Shown here: piece by piece, positions 1-9,891 of the stretch
Layout: each line of letters starts with the position of its first letter
Position numbering within the stretch: the first letter of the stretch is position 1
NCBI GenBank assembly: GCA_047947115.1
Contig: CP170459.1
Span: 5,024,001-5,088,000 of the forward strand
Source of the DNA: Verrucomicrobiota bacterium
GTDB taxonomy: Bacteria; Verrucomicrobiota; Verrucomicrobiia; Limisphaerales; AAA164-E04
DNA length: 64,000 nt
Direction of reading: 5' to 3'
Position numbers and translations under genes: made by a program
Notes under the pieces: generated by a model
Databases searched by the model: none
What the model was told of the DNA's origin: nothing
Seen by the model: only the letters and a program-made list of their open reading frames with translations

Positions 1-12
1 CAGATGAAGAAT

Positions 13-528
13 TCATAGAGTATAAAAATGGGTAGTGATTTGCTGCTGCACGTCCGCAAGTGCGTTCGTCAACGCCATGGACATTCGAACACCTTCAGCG
101 CGATCAAGGCCCCGCGGCAGCGGGGCCCTACCGCGGGCGGTAGCCCTTGACGTGGTAGGGATGTGCTGCTGCACGTCCTCAAGCGCGTTCGTCAACGCCA
201 TGGACATTCGAACACCTTCAGCGCGATCACGGCCCCGCGGCAGCGGGGCCCTACCGCGGGCGGTAGCCCTTGGCGTGGTAGGGACGTGCTGCTGCACGTC
301 CGCAAGCGCGTTCGTCAACGCCGTGGACATTCGAACACCTTCAGCGCGATCACGGCCCCGCGGCAGCGGGGCCCTACCGCGGGCGGTAGCCCTTGGCGTG
401 GTAGGGATGTGCTGCTGCACGTCCGCAAGTGCGTTCGTTAACGCCATGGACATTCGAACACCTTCAGCGCGATCACGGCCCCGCGGCAGCGGGGCCCTAC
501 CGGGGGCAATGTCCAATTGTTTGTTCAT
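13..528 (-). CDS. Possible REP-derived 41-aa tandem repeat ORF (may be non-coding)
   Basis: Frame is open across the whole array. ATGA overlap with the upstream DUF1553 stop (525-528) and ATGA overlap with a downstream ATG at 16. Confidence 0.3.
   Translation of the reverse strand: MNKQLDIAPGRAPLPRGRDRAEGVRMSMALTNALADVQQHIPTTPRATARGRAPLPRGRDRAEGVRMSTALTNALADVQQHVPTTPRATARGRAPLPRGRDRAEGVRMSMALTNALEDVQQHIPTTSRATARGRAPLPRGLDRAEGVRMSMALTNALADVQQQITTHFYTL
31..502. repeat. BIME-like tandem array, 123-bp unit x ~3.8, each with two GTAG-type REP palindromes in opposite orientation
   Basis: TGCTGCTGCA recurs at 41, 164, 287, 410. REP-A GTAG-GGAYGTGC-TGCT-GCACGTCC on + at 155, 278, 401 (degenerate at 32). 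REP-B GTAG-GGCCCCGC-TGCC-GCGGGGCC on - at 108-131, 231-254, 354-377, 477-500. Confidence 0.92.
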
Positions 529-3500
529 TCGCGGGTGATGGTTTCGTCCAGGTTGAGCAAGACATTGGCGATGGCGGTGTATGCAGCCAATTCCACCGCA
601 TCACTCGGTTCATGCTCTTTTTCACCAATCTGAGTCAGGGCTTTCGCTTCCTCCGGATGATTTCGATAGTGATCGAGATAGTGAGTTAAACTCTTCTGAA
701 GAACACTCAATTCCATGGCATCCGGCTGACGCGTCACCGCCAAGCGCCAGCCATATGTCAAACGTTCCACATCACTACTTCCACCCTCACGGATCATGCG
801 TTCTCCCAAAAAACTTGCCGCTTCCACAAACTGTACATCATTCAATGTCGCCAAAGCCTGCAAGGGCGTGTTGGTCGCCCGCCGGGCCACATCGCAACGC
901 TCTCGACCACCCGCATCAAAGATCACCATGGTAGGTGGCGCCACGGCCCGCTTCCAGAATGTATACATACTGCGCCGATAAAGGTCATCTCCGGTGCCTC
1001 TGACATACCTCATATTTTTATCATAGGCCACCTCTTCCCAAAGCCCCGACGGTTGATACGGTTTCACACTCGCCCCCCCCTGCTTTTCTTCCAATAATCC
1101 ACTAATGGCCAGGGCTTGGTCACGTATCGCCTCGGCCCGCAACCGAAAACGTGGGCCTCGCGCCAGCAGACGGTTTTCGGGATCCAATTTCAAAAGAGAT
1201 TCAGAAACGGCGGAAGATTGACGGTAGGTGGCACTGGTCACGATCATGCGTTGCATCGCCTTGACATCCCATCCACTGCGAATGAACTCCGTCGCCAGGT
1301 AATCCAACAAGTCAGGATGACTGGGAAATTCCCCTTGAGCTCCAAAATCATCCGCCGTCTTGACCAGTCCGGTACCGAAATACATTTGCCAGTAGCGGTT
1401 CACGGTCACCCGAGCGGTCAACGGGTTATCATTCGCCACCAGCCAACGAGCCAGACCGAGCCGATTATTCGGCGCACCTTCGGGCAGCTTGCCCAAACTC
1501 ACCGGAATACCGGGAAACACCTCTTCTCGGGGCTGGTCATACTGACCTCGATTCAGGAAAAAGGCCGGACGCCGCTTTTCCATTTCCTCCATCACCATGA
1601 CGGTGGTCGTGGCCTGCTTACGCACTTGTTCCAAATCCTTTTTGGCCTTTGCCAATTGCTCACGCACGGGAGCATTGAGGGGTGACATTTGACGGTAATG
1701 CTCCATCAAAAGCAGATGCTGGTCATCCGTCATTTCCTCCCCAGCATTCAAAGCCGCCAGGATGGCTTCGGAAAATCCTTCCTTGCCATCCAGCGCGGGT
1801 TTCAAAGCGGAAGTGAGAGACAATCGAAATCGACCTACTGCATGTTGATTGAAGTTGGCATCGTGGCGCATTCGGATGATAAGTTGGGTTCCTTCGACCA
1901 CCTCTATCGGCTCGGACAAGGTAAATACCGCTGAAGTATCCACTATGGTGGGACGACCATAAACGGCCCAGCCTGTGTTCGACTGTCCATCTATGGTGTT
2001 CTCAATGGGATAATTCCCCTGCGAATAAGAAGCTTGAGCTGAGGCGATTTTCACAGGGTGAGGTTCATTGGTGCCGGGTTTCTTTTCCATCACTTCAAAC
2101 TCGGTCAAAACAAAGTTCCCGTTCACCGAACGAGCAAGCCCGTTGTCGGTTAATTCGGGATGTGTCAGTGTTTCCAAACGAATTCCCGTCAATGTTCCCT
2201 GCCCCGGTTTCAGAACCACGGTATAGGTAGGATTGGCTGGATTCGGCCCGGTGGTCAGCCTCGAACCATCCTCGAGCAGTTGAAACACAACGTCCCCAGT
2301 GGATTCGGCACTTAAGACGGTAGCGGACTGCCAGGTTGGTTTCAATTGCTGGGACTGGATGTCTGCGTGTGTTTGGTTTTTCCACGATTCAAATGATTCA
2401 AGAAATTCTGGTGTATTCAAAGCAAGGGTCGCTTCCAATGCTTCAACACGCTGTTCCACCGCAGAAACTTTGACCTCCATTCCCGGTACCGGAACGGAAA
2501 TCGTGGGAGTGGCGTTGCCCTGGTTGCCATCACGTCCGTTTTCCGGAACATTGTTGAAGTAGGCGAACAGGGAATAAAATTCCTTCTGGCTGACTGGATC
2601 AAACTTGTGACTGTGACATCGAGCGCAACCGACCGTCAGCCCCAACCAGATGGCTCCGGTCGTTTCCACTCGATCAATCACATATTCCACTCGGTATTCC
2701 TCCGGGATTACCCCCCCTTCGCCGTTGATGCGATGGTTTCGATTGAAGCCCGAGGCAATGATCTGACTGATCGTGGCGTCCGGCAGCATGTCCCCGGCGA
2801 TTTGCTCAATGGTGAATTCATCGAAAGGTTTGTTTTGATTGTAGGCGTCGATTACCCAATTCCTCCAGATCCACATCTGACGTTCCTGATCGTTCTGATA
2901 TCCATTGGTGTCGGCATAACGAGCGGCGTTCAACCAATCCAATGCCATGCGTTCGCCGTAACGACTGGACTGCAGCAAGCGATCAACCAACCGTTCATAG
3001 GCATTAGTGGAACGATCCTGAAGGAAAGCGTCAACCTCTTTCGGAGTGGGAGGCAGGCCGGTCAGATCCAGCGTCACGCGGCGAATCAGGTTTTCCTTAC
3101 CGGCTTCTTCCGAAGGGGATACCCCTTCCAGCTCCAGTCGACGCAGAACAAAAGCATCAATAGGCTGCCTCACCCAATCTTGAAGGGCAACCTCGGGGAC
3201 AGGAGGCTGCACCGGTGCGACAAATGACCAATGGGTTTCGTATTCGGCTCCGTTTTGAATCCAGGCGCGGAACAATTCCCTTTCTGCTGGCGACAAGGCA
3301 GCATCCGAATCCGGAGGAGGCATCACATCATCGGGATCACTGGTAAAAATGCGTTGAATCAACTCACTTTGATCCGGGCTGCCAGGAACCACAGCGCGTA
3401 CCCCATCATGATCCCACATCGCCCCTTCAGCTGTATCCAATCTCAAATCGCCTTTGCGCTGCGCCTCATCGGGACCATGGCAATGAAAACAACGATCGGA

Positions 3501-3716
3501 TAGCAGCGGACGGATATCTCGGTTGAAACTGACTTCACTGGCTGACACAAACGTAAGGAAAGACGATCCAATCATCATCAGAAAGGCAAACAAACACTTC
3601 CCGATGGACGAACATTTGCATGGAAAACGTTGGGGCATCATAGTCATTGGTCGCGTCCAGCCTAAACCAGAAACTGAAAGACAAGCAAGCACGGTTCCCC
3701 TACTCTTCTTGGTCAA
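525..3716 (-). CDS. Planctomycete cytochrome c / DUF1549 / DUF1553 (PSCyt-PSD1) protein
   Basis: FNRDIRPLLSDRCFHCHG, CARCH, WLNAARYADTNG, NPLTARVTVNRYW, TNTPLQAL, LLNLDE C-terminus. True start is probably downstream of the ORF start. Confidence 0.93.
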   Translation of the reverse strand: MTKKSRGTVLACLSVSGLGWTRPMTMMPQRFPCKCSSIGKCLFAFLMMIGSSFLTFVSASEVSFNRDIRPLLSDRCFHCHGPDEAQRKGDLRLDTAEGAMWDHDGVRAVVPGSPDQSELIQRIFTSDPDDVMPPPDSDAALSPAERELFRAWIQNGAEYETHWSFVAPVQPPVPEVALQDWVRQPIDAFVLRRLELEGVSPSEEAGKENLIRRVTLDLTGLPPTPKEVDAFLQDRSTNAYERLVDRLLQSSRYGERMALDWLNAARYADTNGYQNDQERQMWIWRNWVIDAYNQNKPFDEFTIEQIAGDMLPDATISQIIASGFNRNHRINGEGGVIPEEYRVEYVIDRVETTGAIWLGLTVGCARCHSHKFDPVSQKEFYSLFAYFNNVPENGRDGNQGNATPTISVPVPGMEVKVSAVEQRVEALEATLALNTPEFLESFESWKNQTHADIQSQQLKPTWQSATVLSAESTGDVVFQLLEDGSRLTTGPNPANPTYTVVLKPGQGTLTGIRLETLTHPELTDNGLARSVNGNFVLTEFEVMEKKPGTNEPHPVKIASAQASYSQGNYPIENTIDGQSNTGWAVYGRPTIVDTSAVFTLSEPIEVVEGTQLIIRMRHDANFNQHAVGRFRLSLTSALKPALDGKEGFSEAILAALNAGEEMTDDQHLLLMEHYRQMSPLNAPVREQLAKAKKDLEQVRKQATTTVMVMEEMEKRRPAFFLNRGQYDQPREEVFPGIPVSLGKLPEGAPNNRLGLARWLVANDNPLTARVTVNRYWQMYFGTGLVKTADDFGAQGEFPSHPDLLDYLATEFIRSGWDVKAMQRMIVTSATYRQSSAVSESLLKLDPENRLLARGPRFRLRAEAIRDQALAISGLLEEKQGGASVKPYQPSGLWEEVAYDKNMRYVRGTGDDLYRRSMYTFWKRAVAPPTMVIFDAGGRERCDVARRATNTPLQALATLNDVQFVEAASFLGERMIREGGSSDVERLTYGWRLAVTRQPDAMELSVLQKSLTHYLDHYRNHPEEAKALTQIGEKEHEPSDAVELAAYTAIANVLLNLDETITRE

Positions 3717-3811
3717 GCCTCAACAAAAATTGTATACCACAACCATTCATCCATGGATTCGCACTGATCGGGAATGAAATGCGGATACCGGGCCTCTCAA
3801 TTAATAAGAAC

Positions 3812-5230
3812 ATGATATCGAAATTCAAAACACCCCCCCACTTGAAAGAATCACCTGCCCTGTGGTGTTTGATCAGTGTTGTTGCCTTTCATCTGGCAAA
3901 TCTAAATACCTGGTTGGCGCCCTTGATGATCGTGTTTTTTTTCGGTCTGATCAAGACAAGCCAACTCGGATCCGCTCGAACAAATTTTTACCGAGGATTG
4001 GCGATTGGTTTGTTGATTTATGCATGGCAATTACGTTTCTTTCTCAACATTTTCTCGGAGGCCGCAGTGGTGCTGTGGCTGATTCTTGCCTTTTGGATTG
4101 GACTTTTCATGGTGTTGGCCAATCATTATCAGCGTAGCCGAAACATGGCGCTGCAAATCCTGCTCCTGGTTTCCTCATGGATGACACTCGAATATTTCCG
4201 TGGAGAACTTTACTATCTGAAATTCACCTGGATCACACCGGGGATGGCGTTCTCACCTTCTGATGCTTTAAGCTCAATTGGCTGGATGGGTGTTTATGGG
4301 CTCAGCACCTGTTGCCTTGCGATCGCTTCCCTGAGTCTTCTGTTTGAGCCGGCAAAAAGATTAGACTGGGTCTGGGGCTCGACTTGGGTTACCGGCATGT
4401 TTTTGGTTTTGGTTTCAGCCCCATCCCCCTCGCATAACCCATCCAGCGACACCATCGAAATCGGCGGAGTGCATGTCGATGATCCCGGATCAGCCAATGG
4501 CCTTCTGGTGTTGGAACGTTTCATGGATCAACATCCGCAAACCGAATTGATCGTTCTGGCAGAATACGCATTCCTTGGAGAACCACCTGAGTCATTGCGC
4601 GAATGGTGTCGATCCCGCCAGGTTCACCTGGTGGCCGGAGGAACGCAACCCTTACCTGATGACACCTACTACAACACGGCTTTCGTTATTTCACCAAAAG
4701 GAGAAATCGTCCACAAGCAGGCCAAATCCGTCCCCATCCAGTTTTTCAAGGACGGACTTCCCGCGCAAGAACAGGATGTCTGGCAGTCTCCATGGGGTCC
4801 GATTGGCATCTGCATTTGCTATGACTTGAGCTATACGCGGGTGACGGATGGACTTATTCGAAAGGGTGCCACCATGATCCTTGTCCCGACTCTGGACGAG
4901 CTGCATTGGGGAAAATCACAACACCTTCTTCACGCCAGGATTGCCCCGATGCGTTCTGCGGAATATCGAGTTCCCATTGTCCGAGTCGGAGCATGTGGGA
5001 TCAGTCAGGCGGTTGATGAAGGTGCACGGGTAATTGCAAGCACGAGCTTCCCCGGTGAAGGAGCAACACTCCATGCCAAACTGTCACCTTCACAACATGC
5101 CCGCATTCCACTGGATCGTTTCTGGGTGTGGATCGCGGGCCCGGTTGTGTTGATCGAACTGCTGGCGTCTGGATATGTCCGTTCAACCAAATGTTCGGCT
5201 ACTCGAGAACCACCGGCCCGGATCGTGTGA
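3812..5230 (+). CDS. lnt: Apolipoprotein N-acyltransferase-like protein (membrane domain + nitrilase domain)
   Basis: Multiple N-terminal TM helices; E-K-C triad in LAEY, KSVP, ICYD. Start uncertain (ORF open from 3647). Confidence 0.75.
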   Translation: MISKFKTPPHLKESPALWCLISVVAFHLANLNTWLAPLMIVFFFGLIKTSQLGSARTNFYRGLAIGLLIYAWQLRFFLNIFSEAAVVLWLILAFWIGLFMVLANHYQRSRNMALQILLLVSSWMTLEYFRGELYYLKFTWITPGMAFSPSDALSSIGWMGVYGLSTCCLAIASLSLLFEPAKRLDWVWGSTWVTGMFLVLVSAPSPSHNPSSDTIEIGGVHVDDPGSANGLLVLERFMDQHPQTELIVLAEYAFLGEPPESLREWCRSRQVHLVAGGTQPLPDDTYYNTAFVISPKGEIVHKQAKSVPIQFFKDGLPAQEQDVWQSPWGPIGICICYDLSYTRVTDGLIRKGATMILVPTLDELHWGKSQHLLHARIAPMRSAEYRVPIVRVGACGISQAVDEGARVIASTSFPGEGATLHAKLSPSQHARIPLDRFWVWIAGPVVLIELLASGYVRSTKCSATREPPARIV

Positions 5231-5560
5231 AAGCCGCAGGGTGCAATTTGAATCCCTTCTTTGGATAATAATGCGTCGCGGCAGGAGCACTGAGAAGGAT
5301 GAGGGTGGCTTCGGGATGCAGGTGTTTCTGGGTTTCGTGCATCAATCGTTCACCAATCCCCTGGGACTGAAATTTGCGATCCACCGCCAGGTCGGACAAG
5401 TAGCAGCAATAGACAAAATCCGTGACGGACCGGGCCACTCCAACAAGAGTGTCTTCCCATCTGGCAGTGAGAATCAGGTCGGCGTTTTCCAACATGGACC
5501 GCAGGCGACTCATATTTTCCACGGGACGTCTTTCCGCCAGTCCGGAACGCACTAGAAGAC
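5199..5560 (-). pseudogene. GNAT acetyltransferase, 3' part (IS-interrupted)
   Basis: ARSVTDFVYCCYLSDLAVDRKFQSQGIG GNAT motif A. The 5' part lies on the far side of the IS at 7032-7088. Confidence 0.88.
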
Positions 5561-7031
5561 GAACGGTGTCAAAAAAGTCAATCATAACTTCGCATATAAA
5601 CGGATGAGATGAGCCGCCATGTCAATTAGGGGCTTTTCTAAAAAGAAAAATGATCTCAAGCACCGGATAAACTTTACGCTTCGCTTGGAGTAGCGCTGGA
5701 CGCATTCGTACACCGTTGACCATTTTCTCCCGGCTTCTTTGGCAGCGTTTTTCATTGCTTCAAAGCGAATTTGACGTCGACGAATTTCTGCTTCGTTGCT
5801 CACTCCGTAATCCTTTTCCAAATCATGCTCCATCAAGAGACAGAGGTTATGTGCCAGGCAAAGAAAGTTGGCTTGAATCTTCTTGGCCCGGACTGATCCG
5901 GCCCATGCCTTTTTCTCCTGAAGTGTATTTTTAAACTCATCGAATACCTTCTCAATATCCCAACGCATCCGATAGAGCTGTGCTAACAAACCTGGCGAAA
6001 TCGTCAATTGGTTGGTGATCAAAACGTGTTCCTTCCCAGTTTGCGGATCGACACATACGATTCGTCGAAGAATGCTCTGGTTATTGACTATGATTTTTTC
6101 ATCGGACGTGATTCCGTGATTGATACCATTTTCATGATCGACTTCCAGTTCATCCAGACATTCATAGGCAGTTCCGTCTTTCATGCGGGAAACGAAATAA
6201 ATTCCACCTCGTGATTTCCACCAATCCCACTCATTGAAATCGATGGACGCAGAGTCATACACATAGAGAACTTTGCGTCCCGTCTTGGCACCCTGCCTGA
6301 GTGTTTCGATACCCATCCTTTTGAGGGCTCGCATGTCATGCTCATGCTTACGATGAACCTCATCGGCTGTATCCAGCAACTTGATTGCATGGGATCTCAG
6401 ATTCAGGGCGTAGAAGTAACCGGGAGCCCATTTCTTTTCATTCTTGCGTACTTCATGAGCCGAAGCACCATGCCAATGGCCATCAGCGGCATAGATGTCA
6501 TATTTTTTTAGTTCCTCAAAATCCTGAAGAGGGTCATTAAGTTCTTTGGCTGCTTTAGCGCAAATACTATCATTTAATTCATCGGCAAGAAGGAGGCGTC
6601 GGTTACTTTTGAGAGATTCGAAATAAAGCCCCACAGAAATATCACTCTGAAAGTGGGGGCCGTATTGCTGGAGAAACCCCCGGCCGCTGGGGGATTCCAT
6701 AAGAATTCGGGTGACTCCTAATTCAAGCCAATGCTGGTCGGGTAATTCATTACATTGGCGAGTGTGAACAGCTCGATTCAAGGCGTCAAATAAAGGCTTG
6801 AAGAATGCTGTAAATATCTTATTATCAGTTAATAGAGCTCTTGGCATGAAAATTTTTTGGGGTCAGAGCGCTAGAGTCAACTTTAATCGCACAAAAACCG
6901 GCTAAATTCTCTGTTTTAGAGCATTTTAATCATTTTGAAACCCTTGAAAAGAACCGAATCAGACAACTGAAACACATCGCAGGAACCCGGTTTCAGGCGG
7001 CAAATTTGGCTTCACTCTTTTGACACCGTTC
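5561..7031 (-). mobile_element. IS4-family insertion sequence, ~1.47 kb
   Basis: 18-bp TIR GAACGGTGTCAAAA(A/G)AGT at 5561-5578 and 7014-7031. Direct repeat (C)TAGAAGAC at 5552-5560 and 7031-7039. Single transposase ORF. Confidence 0.93.
5582..6847 (-). CDS. IS4-family DDE transposase
   Basis: YAADG, YVYDS and YRMRWDIEKVFDEFK (Y-R-E-K signature); 421 aa, no internal stops. Confidence 0.92.
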   Translation of the reverse strand: MPRALLTDNKIFTAFFKPLFDALNRAVHTRQCNELPDQHWLELGVTRILMESPSGRGFLQQYGPHFQSDISVGLYFESLKSNRRLLLADELNDSICAKAAKELNDPLQDFEELKKYDIYAADGHWHGASAHEVRKNEKKWAPGYFYALNLRSHAIKLLDTADEVHRKHEHDMRALKRMGIETLRQGAKTGRKVLYVYDSASIDFNEWDWWKSRGGIYFVSRMKDGTAYECLDELEVDHENGINHGITSDEKIIVNNQSILRRIVCVDPQTGKEHVLITNQLTISPGLLAQLYRMRWDIEKVFDEFKNTLQEKKAWAGSVRAKKIQANFLCLAHNLCLLMEHDLEKDYGVSNEAEIRRRQIRFEAMKNAAKEAGRKWSTVYECVQRYSKRSVKFIRCLRSFFFLEKPLIDMAAHLIRLYAKL

Positions 7032-7088
7032 TAGAAGACTGTGAAATTCTTCGACCTTTAAGTTATTATCAATGGTGAATCGGATCAT
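7032..7088 (-). pseudogene. GNAT acetyltransferase, 5' 19 codons (MIRFTIDNNLKVEEFHSLL)
   Basis: Removing the IS and one duplicated target joins this in frame to VRSGLAERRP. Confidence 0.85.
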
Positions 7089-7123
7089 ATAGTTTTAATC
7101 AGATGGAATGTGGGATGCTTGAT

Positions 7124-8521
7124 TTATTGAACCGGCCATTCATTGGATTCTGATCGAGCTGTTTTCAAAAAATCCTCCATCCTGCCCACCACGCGACGCT
7201 CCCGATCTGCCAGATTGTATTTTTCACCCGGGTCTTTTGATAAATCGTAAAGTTCAAGAGGTTCTTGAATCCCGTGGCGTACGCCTTTCCAGTCTCCCAT
7301 GCGAACCGCCTGATGGAATCCGCCTTCGTGGAATTCCCAATAAAGAGGATCATGTTCTTTGGTTCTCCCTTTGAGAATCGCATCAACCATGGACTCACCG
7401 TCCAATCCAACAGGTGCTTTCAATCCCGCCAACTCGCTCAAAGTTGGGAACACATCCCAGGCAGCCCAAACCTGATCGCTGACCTGTCCCGGCTGGACAT
7501 GCCCTTTCCACCGTATGATCATCGGCGAACGAATCCCCCCTTCATATAGATCCCGTTTGATGCCGCGGAAAGGTCCCGAAGACTGGAAAAAATCTGGATC
7601 AACACCTTCCTGGTTATGAGGCCCGTTGTCACTGCAGAAAAATACGATGGTATTCTCAGCCTGACCGGTCTCGTCCAGAGCATCCAGAATCTTGCCGACA
7701 TGGAGATCCAATCGATAGATCATGGCGGCAAGCATTTTCTGAGGTTCCGGCCAGTCTTTGTCGGCGTAAGGTTTGGTTGTGGGTGCTTCGACGTGTTTGT
7801 GGGGGAGCGTGTATGCGAGATAGAGAAAGTAGGGATTTTTGTGAGGCATGCGGATAAAATTGGTGGCGCCTTCTGTGAATTTATAGTGAATGTACAGGCC
7901 CTTCTGTCCATTGACGTTTTGTGGTATTCCCCGCAATTCCTGGTTTCGCCAGAAGTATGGAGGGTAATGATTATGTGCTTCTTTCTGGTTCAGAAATCCA
8001 AACCATTCATCGAATCCCTGCAGGTTGGGCAATCCGGTTGAACCCGGTTCGCCTAGCCCCCACTTGCCGATCACGCATGTTTCGTAGGATTTCTGCTTCA
8101 ACATTTCAGCAACGGTCAAATCGCCATAATCCAGCGGAACCAACCCATTGCCACGAATCCGGGTATGCCCGGTGTGAAGACCGGTCATCAAAACCGATCG
8201 CGAAGGAGCACATACCGTGCTGCCGGCATAGTATTGGGTAAACCGAATGCCCTCAGCCGCCATCTGATCCAATCTCGGCGTCTCAAAATGCTTTTGGCCA
8301 TAGCACCCCAGGTCTCCATATCCCAGATCGTCGGCCATAATGAAGATGATGTTCGGCATTTTTGTCGTGGCAGCATGTGCCGTCACCCCTAAGGCAAGGA
8401 ACATCCCAAGGGCGACAGTGATCACGATGGCACGCTTTTGACAAAACCACTCATCAAGTCTCCCACCTTTGAATGACAGGAATGAAACATGATGACATGC
8501 CACATTATTTAAAAAACGCAT
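7124..8521 (-). CDS. Arylsulfatase (formylglycine-dependent, exported)
   Basis: PNIIFIMADDLGYGD, CAPSR, GKWGLG, SDNG, YEGGIR; signal peptide. Start uncertain. Confidence 0.95.
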   Translation of the reverse strand: MRFLNNVACHHVSFLSFKGGRLDEWFCQKRAIVITVALGMFLALGVTAHAATTKMPNIIFIMADDLGYGDLGCYGQKHFETPRLDQMAAEGIRFTQYYAGSTVCAPSRSVLMTGLHTGHTRIRGNGLVPLDYGDLTVAEMLKQKSYETCVIGKWGLGEPGSTGLPNLQGFDEWFGFLNQKEAHNHYPPYFWRNQELRGIPQNVNGQKGLYIHYKFTEGATNFIRMPHKNPYFLYLAYTLPHKHVEAPTTKPYADKDWPEPQKMLAAMIYRLDLHVGKILDALDETGQAENTIVFFCSDNGPHNQEGVDPDFFQSSGPFRGIKRDLYEGGIRSPMIIRWKGHVQPGQVSDQVWAAWDVFPTLSELAGLKAPVGLDGESMVDAILKGRTKEHDPLYWEFHEGGFHQAVRMGDWKGVRHGIQEPLELYDLSKDPGEKYNLADRERRVVGRMEDFLKTARSESNEWPVQ

Positions 8522-8692
8522 GTAACTGACATACGCTATTCAAGCACTCGATCAAGTCGAAAACATTCTGGCTGTTCACAAAGTGCTCAAGAAAACGGAG
8601 GCAATCAGAAGTGAGTTTCCTCGGCGATGTTAGAAACAATGACGACACGGTCGCATTCCAGGTAGCCCGCGCCCCCCCCCATGTGCGTCATG

Positions 8693-8837
8693 GGTAGATA
8701 CGTGTCGTCCCCGACGCGGCCCCTCATGGCTTCCCTCCCCTGCCTTTCACTGCAAAACGGAAAACCCCACGGCATATGCTCGCCCTTTTTCGCATTGCTT
8801 CGCTGGTGATGACGCGTCGGGGACGACACGATCTACC
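8693..8837. repeat. Inverted GTAG-type REP doublet (REPIN-like)
   Basis: GGTAGATACGTGTCGTCCCCGACGCG at 8693-8718 and its reverse complement (one-base indel) at 8813-8837. Confidence 0.8.
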
Positions 8838-8917
8838 TGCGAAATCGTTTTTACCGGTTGACACCGCTCATAGGGTCGATCAGATTGAAACCATCACTGT
8901 AAACCTGCGCACATGAC

Positions 8918-9827
8918 ATGAATCCTTCAGCAAGAATGCGATCCAGCCGTTGGCCTTTGATGGTCTTTGTGGGGGTCTGCCTGATGCTCGACATCGGTTG
9001 GGCACAAAGCCTTCAGGACCCTGGCATGGGCGGACGCGGATCCGAACGGCTCATCACCCAGCCCGGTCCCGCCTCACGCGCTGGTGTTCCAGAGTGGCAT
9101 GTGGAAGAAGCCTTTCAAGATGACATCTTTACCTTTGTCCGCGTTGAATACGGCACAGGGGGTGGATTTGGTCGACGAGGTGGCGGATGGCGGGTTGACT
9201 ATCCGAATGCAGATTACAATTTCTCCTATCGACTGGAGCAACTTACCTCCATGATCGTGCATCCGGACGGAGCAACCGTCAGCCTCATGGACGATCGACT
9301 TTACGATTTCCCGTTCATCTTTGTGATTGATCCACGCAGTCTGGTTTTCCGGGATCAAGAGGCGAAATCTCTGCAACGATACCTGTTGAACGGAGGATTC
9401 ATGATGGTCGACGATTTCTGGGGGGAAACCATGAAACGCCACTTTCTTGGAGAAATGGAAAAAGTCTTTCCAAACCGAAAGCCGATTTCACTGGAACTTT
9501 CGCATCCCATTTTCAACTCGGTGTTTCCTCTGACAATTAAACCTCAAGTTCCCAGCCAGGATTCAGCAGAGCGCAACAAAGGACAAGGCGCCTACGAAAC
9601 CTACGAAGACGAGATCCTTCAACGGTATGGCGAAGGTCCTTATCCCGCAGACTACCTGGCGATCGTCGACGACAACGAACGTATCATGGTATTGATTTGC
9701 CACAACACCGATCTGAGTGATGGATGGGAGGAAGAAGGCACAAGTCCATGGTTTTTCTCAAGCTTTTCGGAACCTCTTTCCTACCCAATGGGCAATTAAT
9801 ATTGTTCATTACGCGTTGACACATTGA
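8918..9827 (+). CDS. DUF4159-domain protein with +1 frameshift near the C-terminus
   Basis: FTFVRVEY, WRVDYP, LQRYLLNGGFMMVDDFWG, HNTDLSDGWE. ORF stops at 9799 (YPMGN*), while the shifted frame reads INIVHYALTH* to 9827. Confidence 0.82.
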
Positions 9828-9891
9828 TTTCGTGACGACGAATAACTGCTTGACAATTGGCACCGAACACCGGCACATAGTCTGACTATTA

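Noticed and set aside
31..502. CRISPR array
   Set aside because: Sequences between the palindromes are nearly identical from unit to unit rather than unique spacers, and no cas genes are present.
35..538. Cys-rich 167-aa + strand ORF
   Set aside because: Antisense reading of the repeat array, with no supporting start context.
9857..9869. TTGGCACCGAACA shared with about 43459-43471, as a sigma-54 site
   Set aside because: No GC at the -12 position in either copy; a 13-bp match could be chance.
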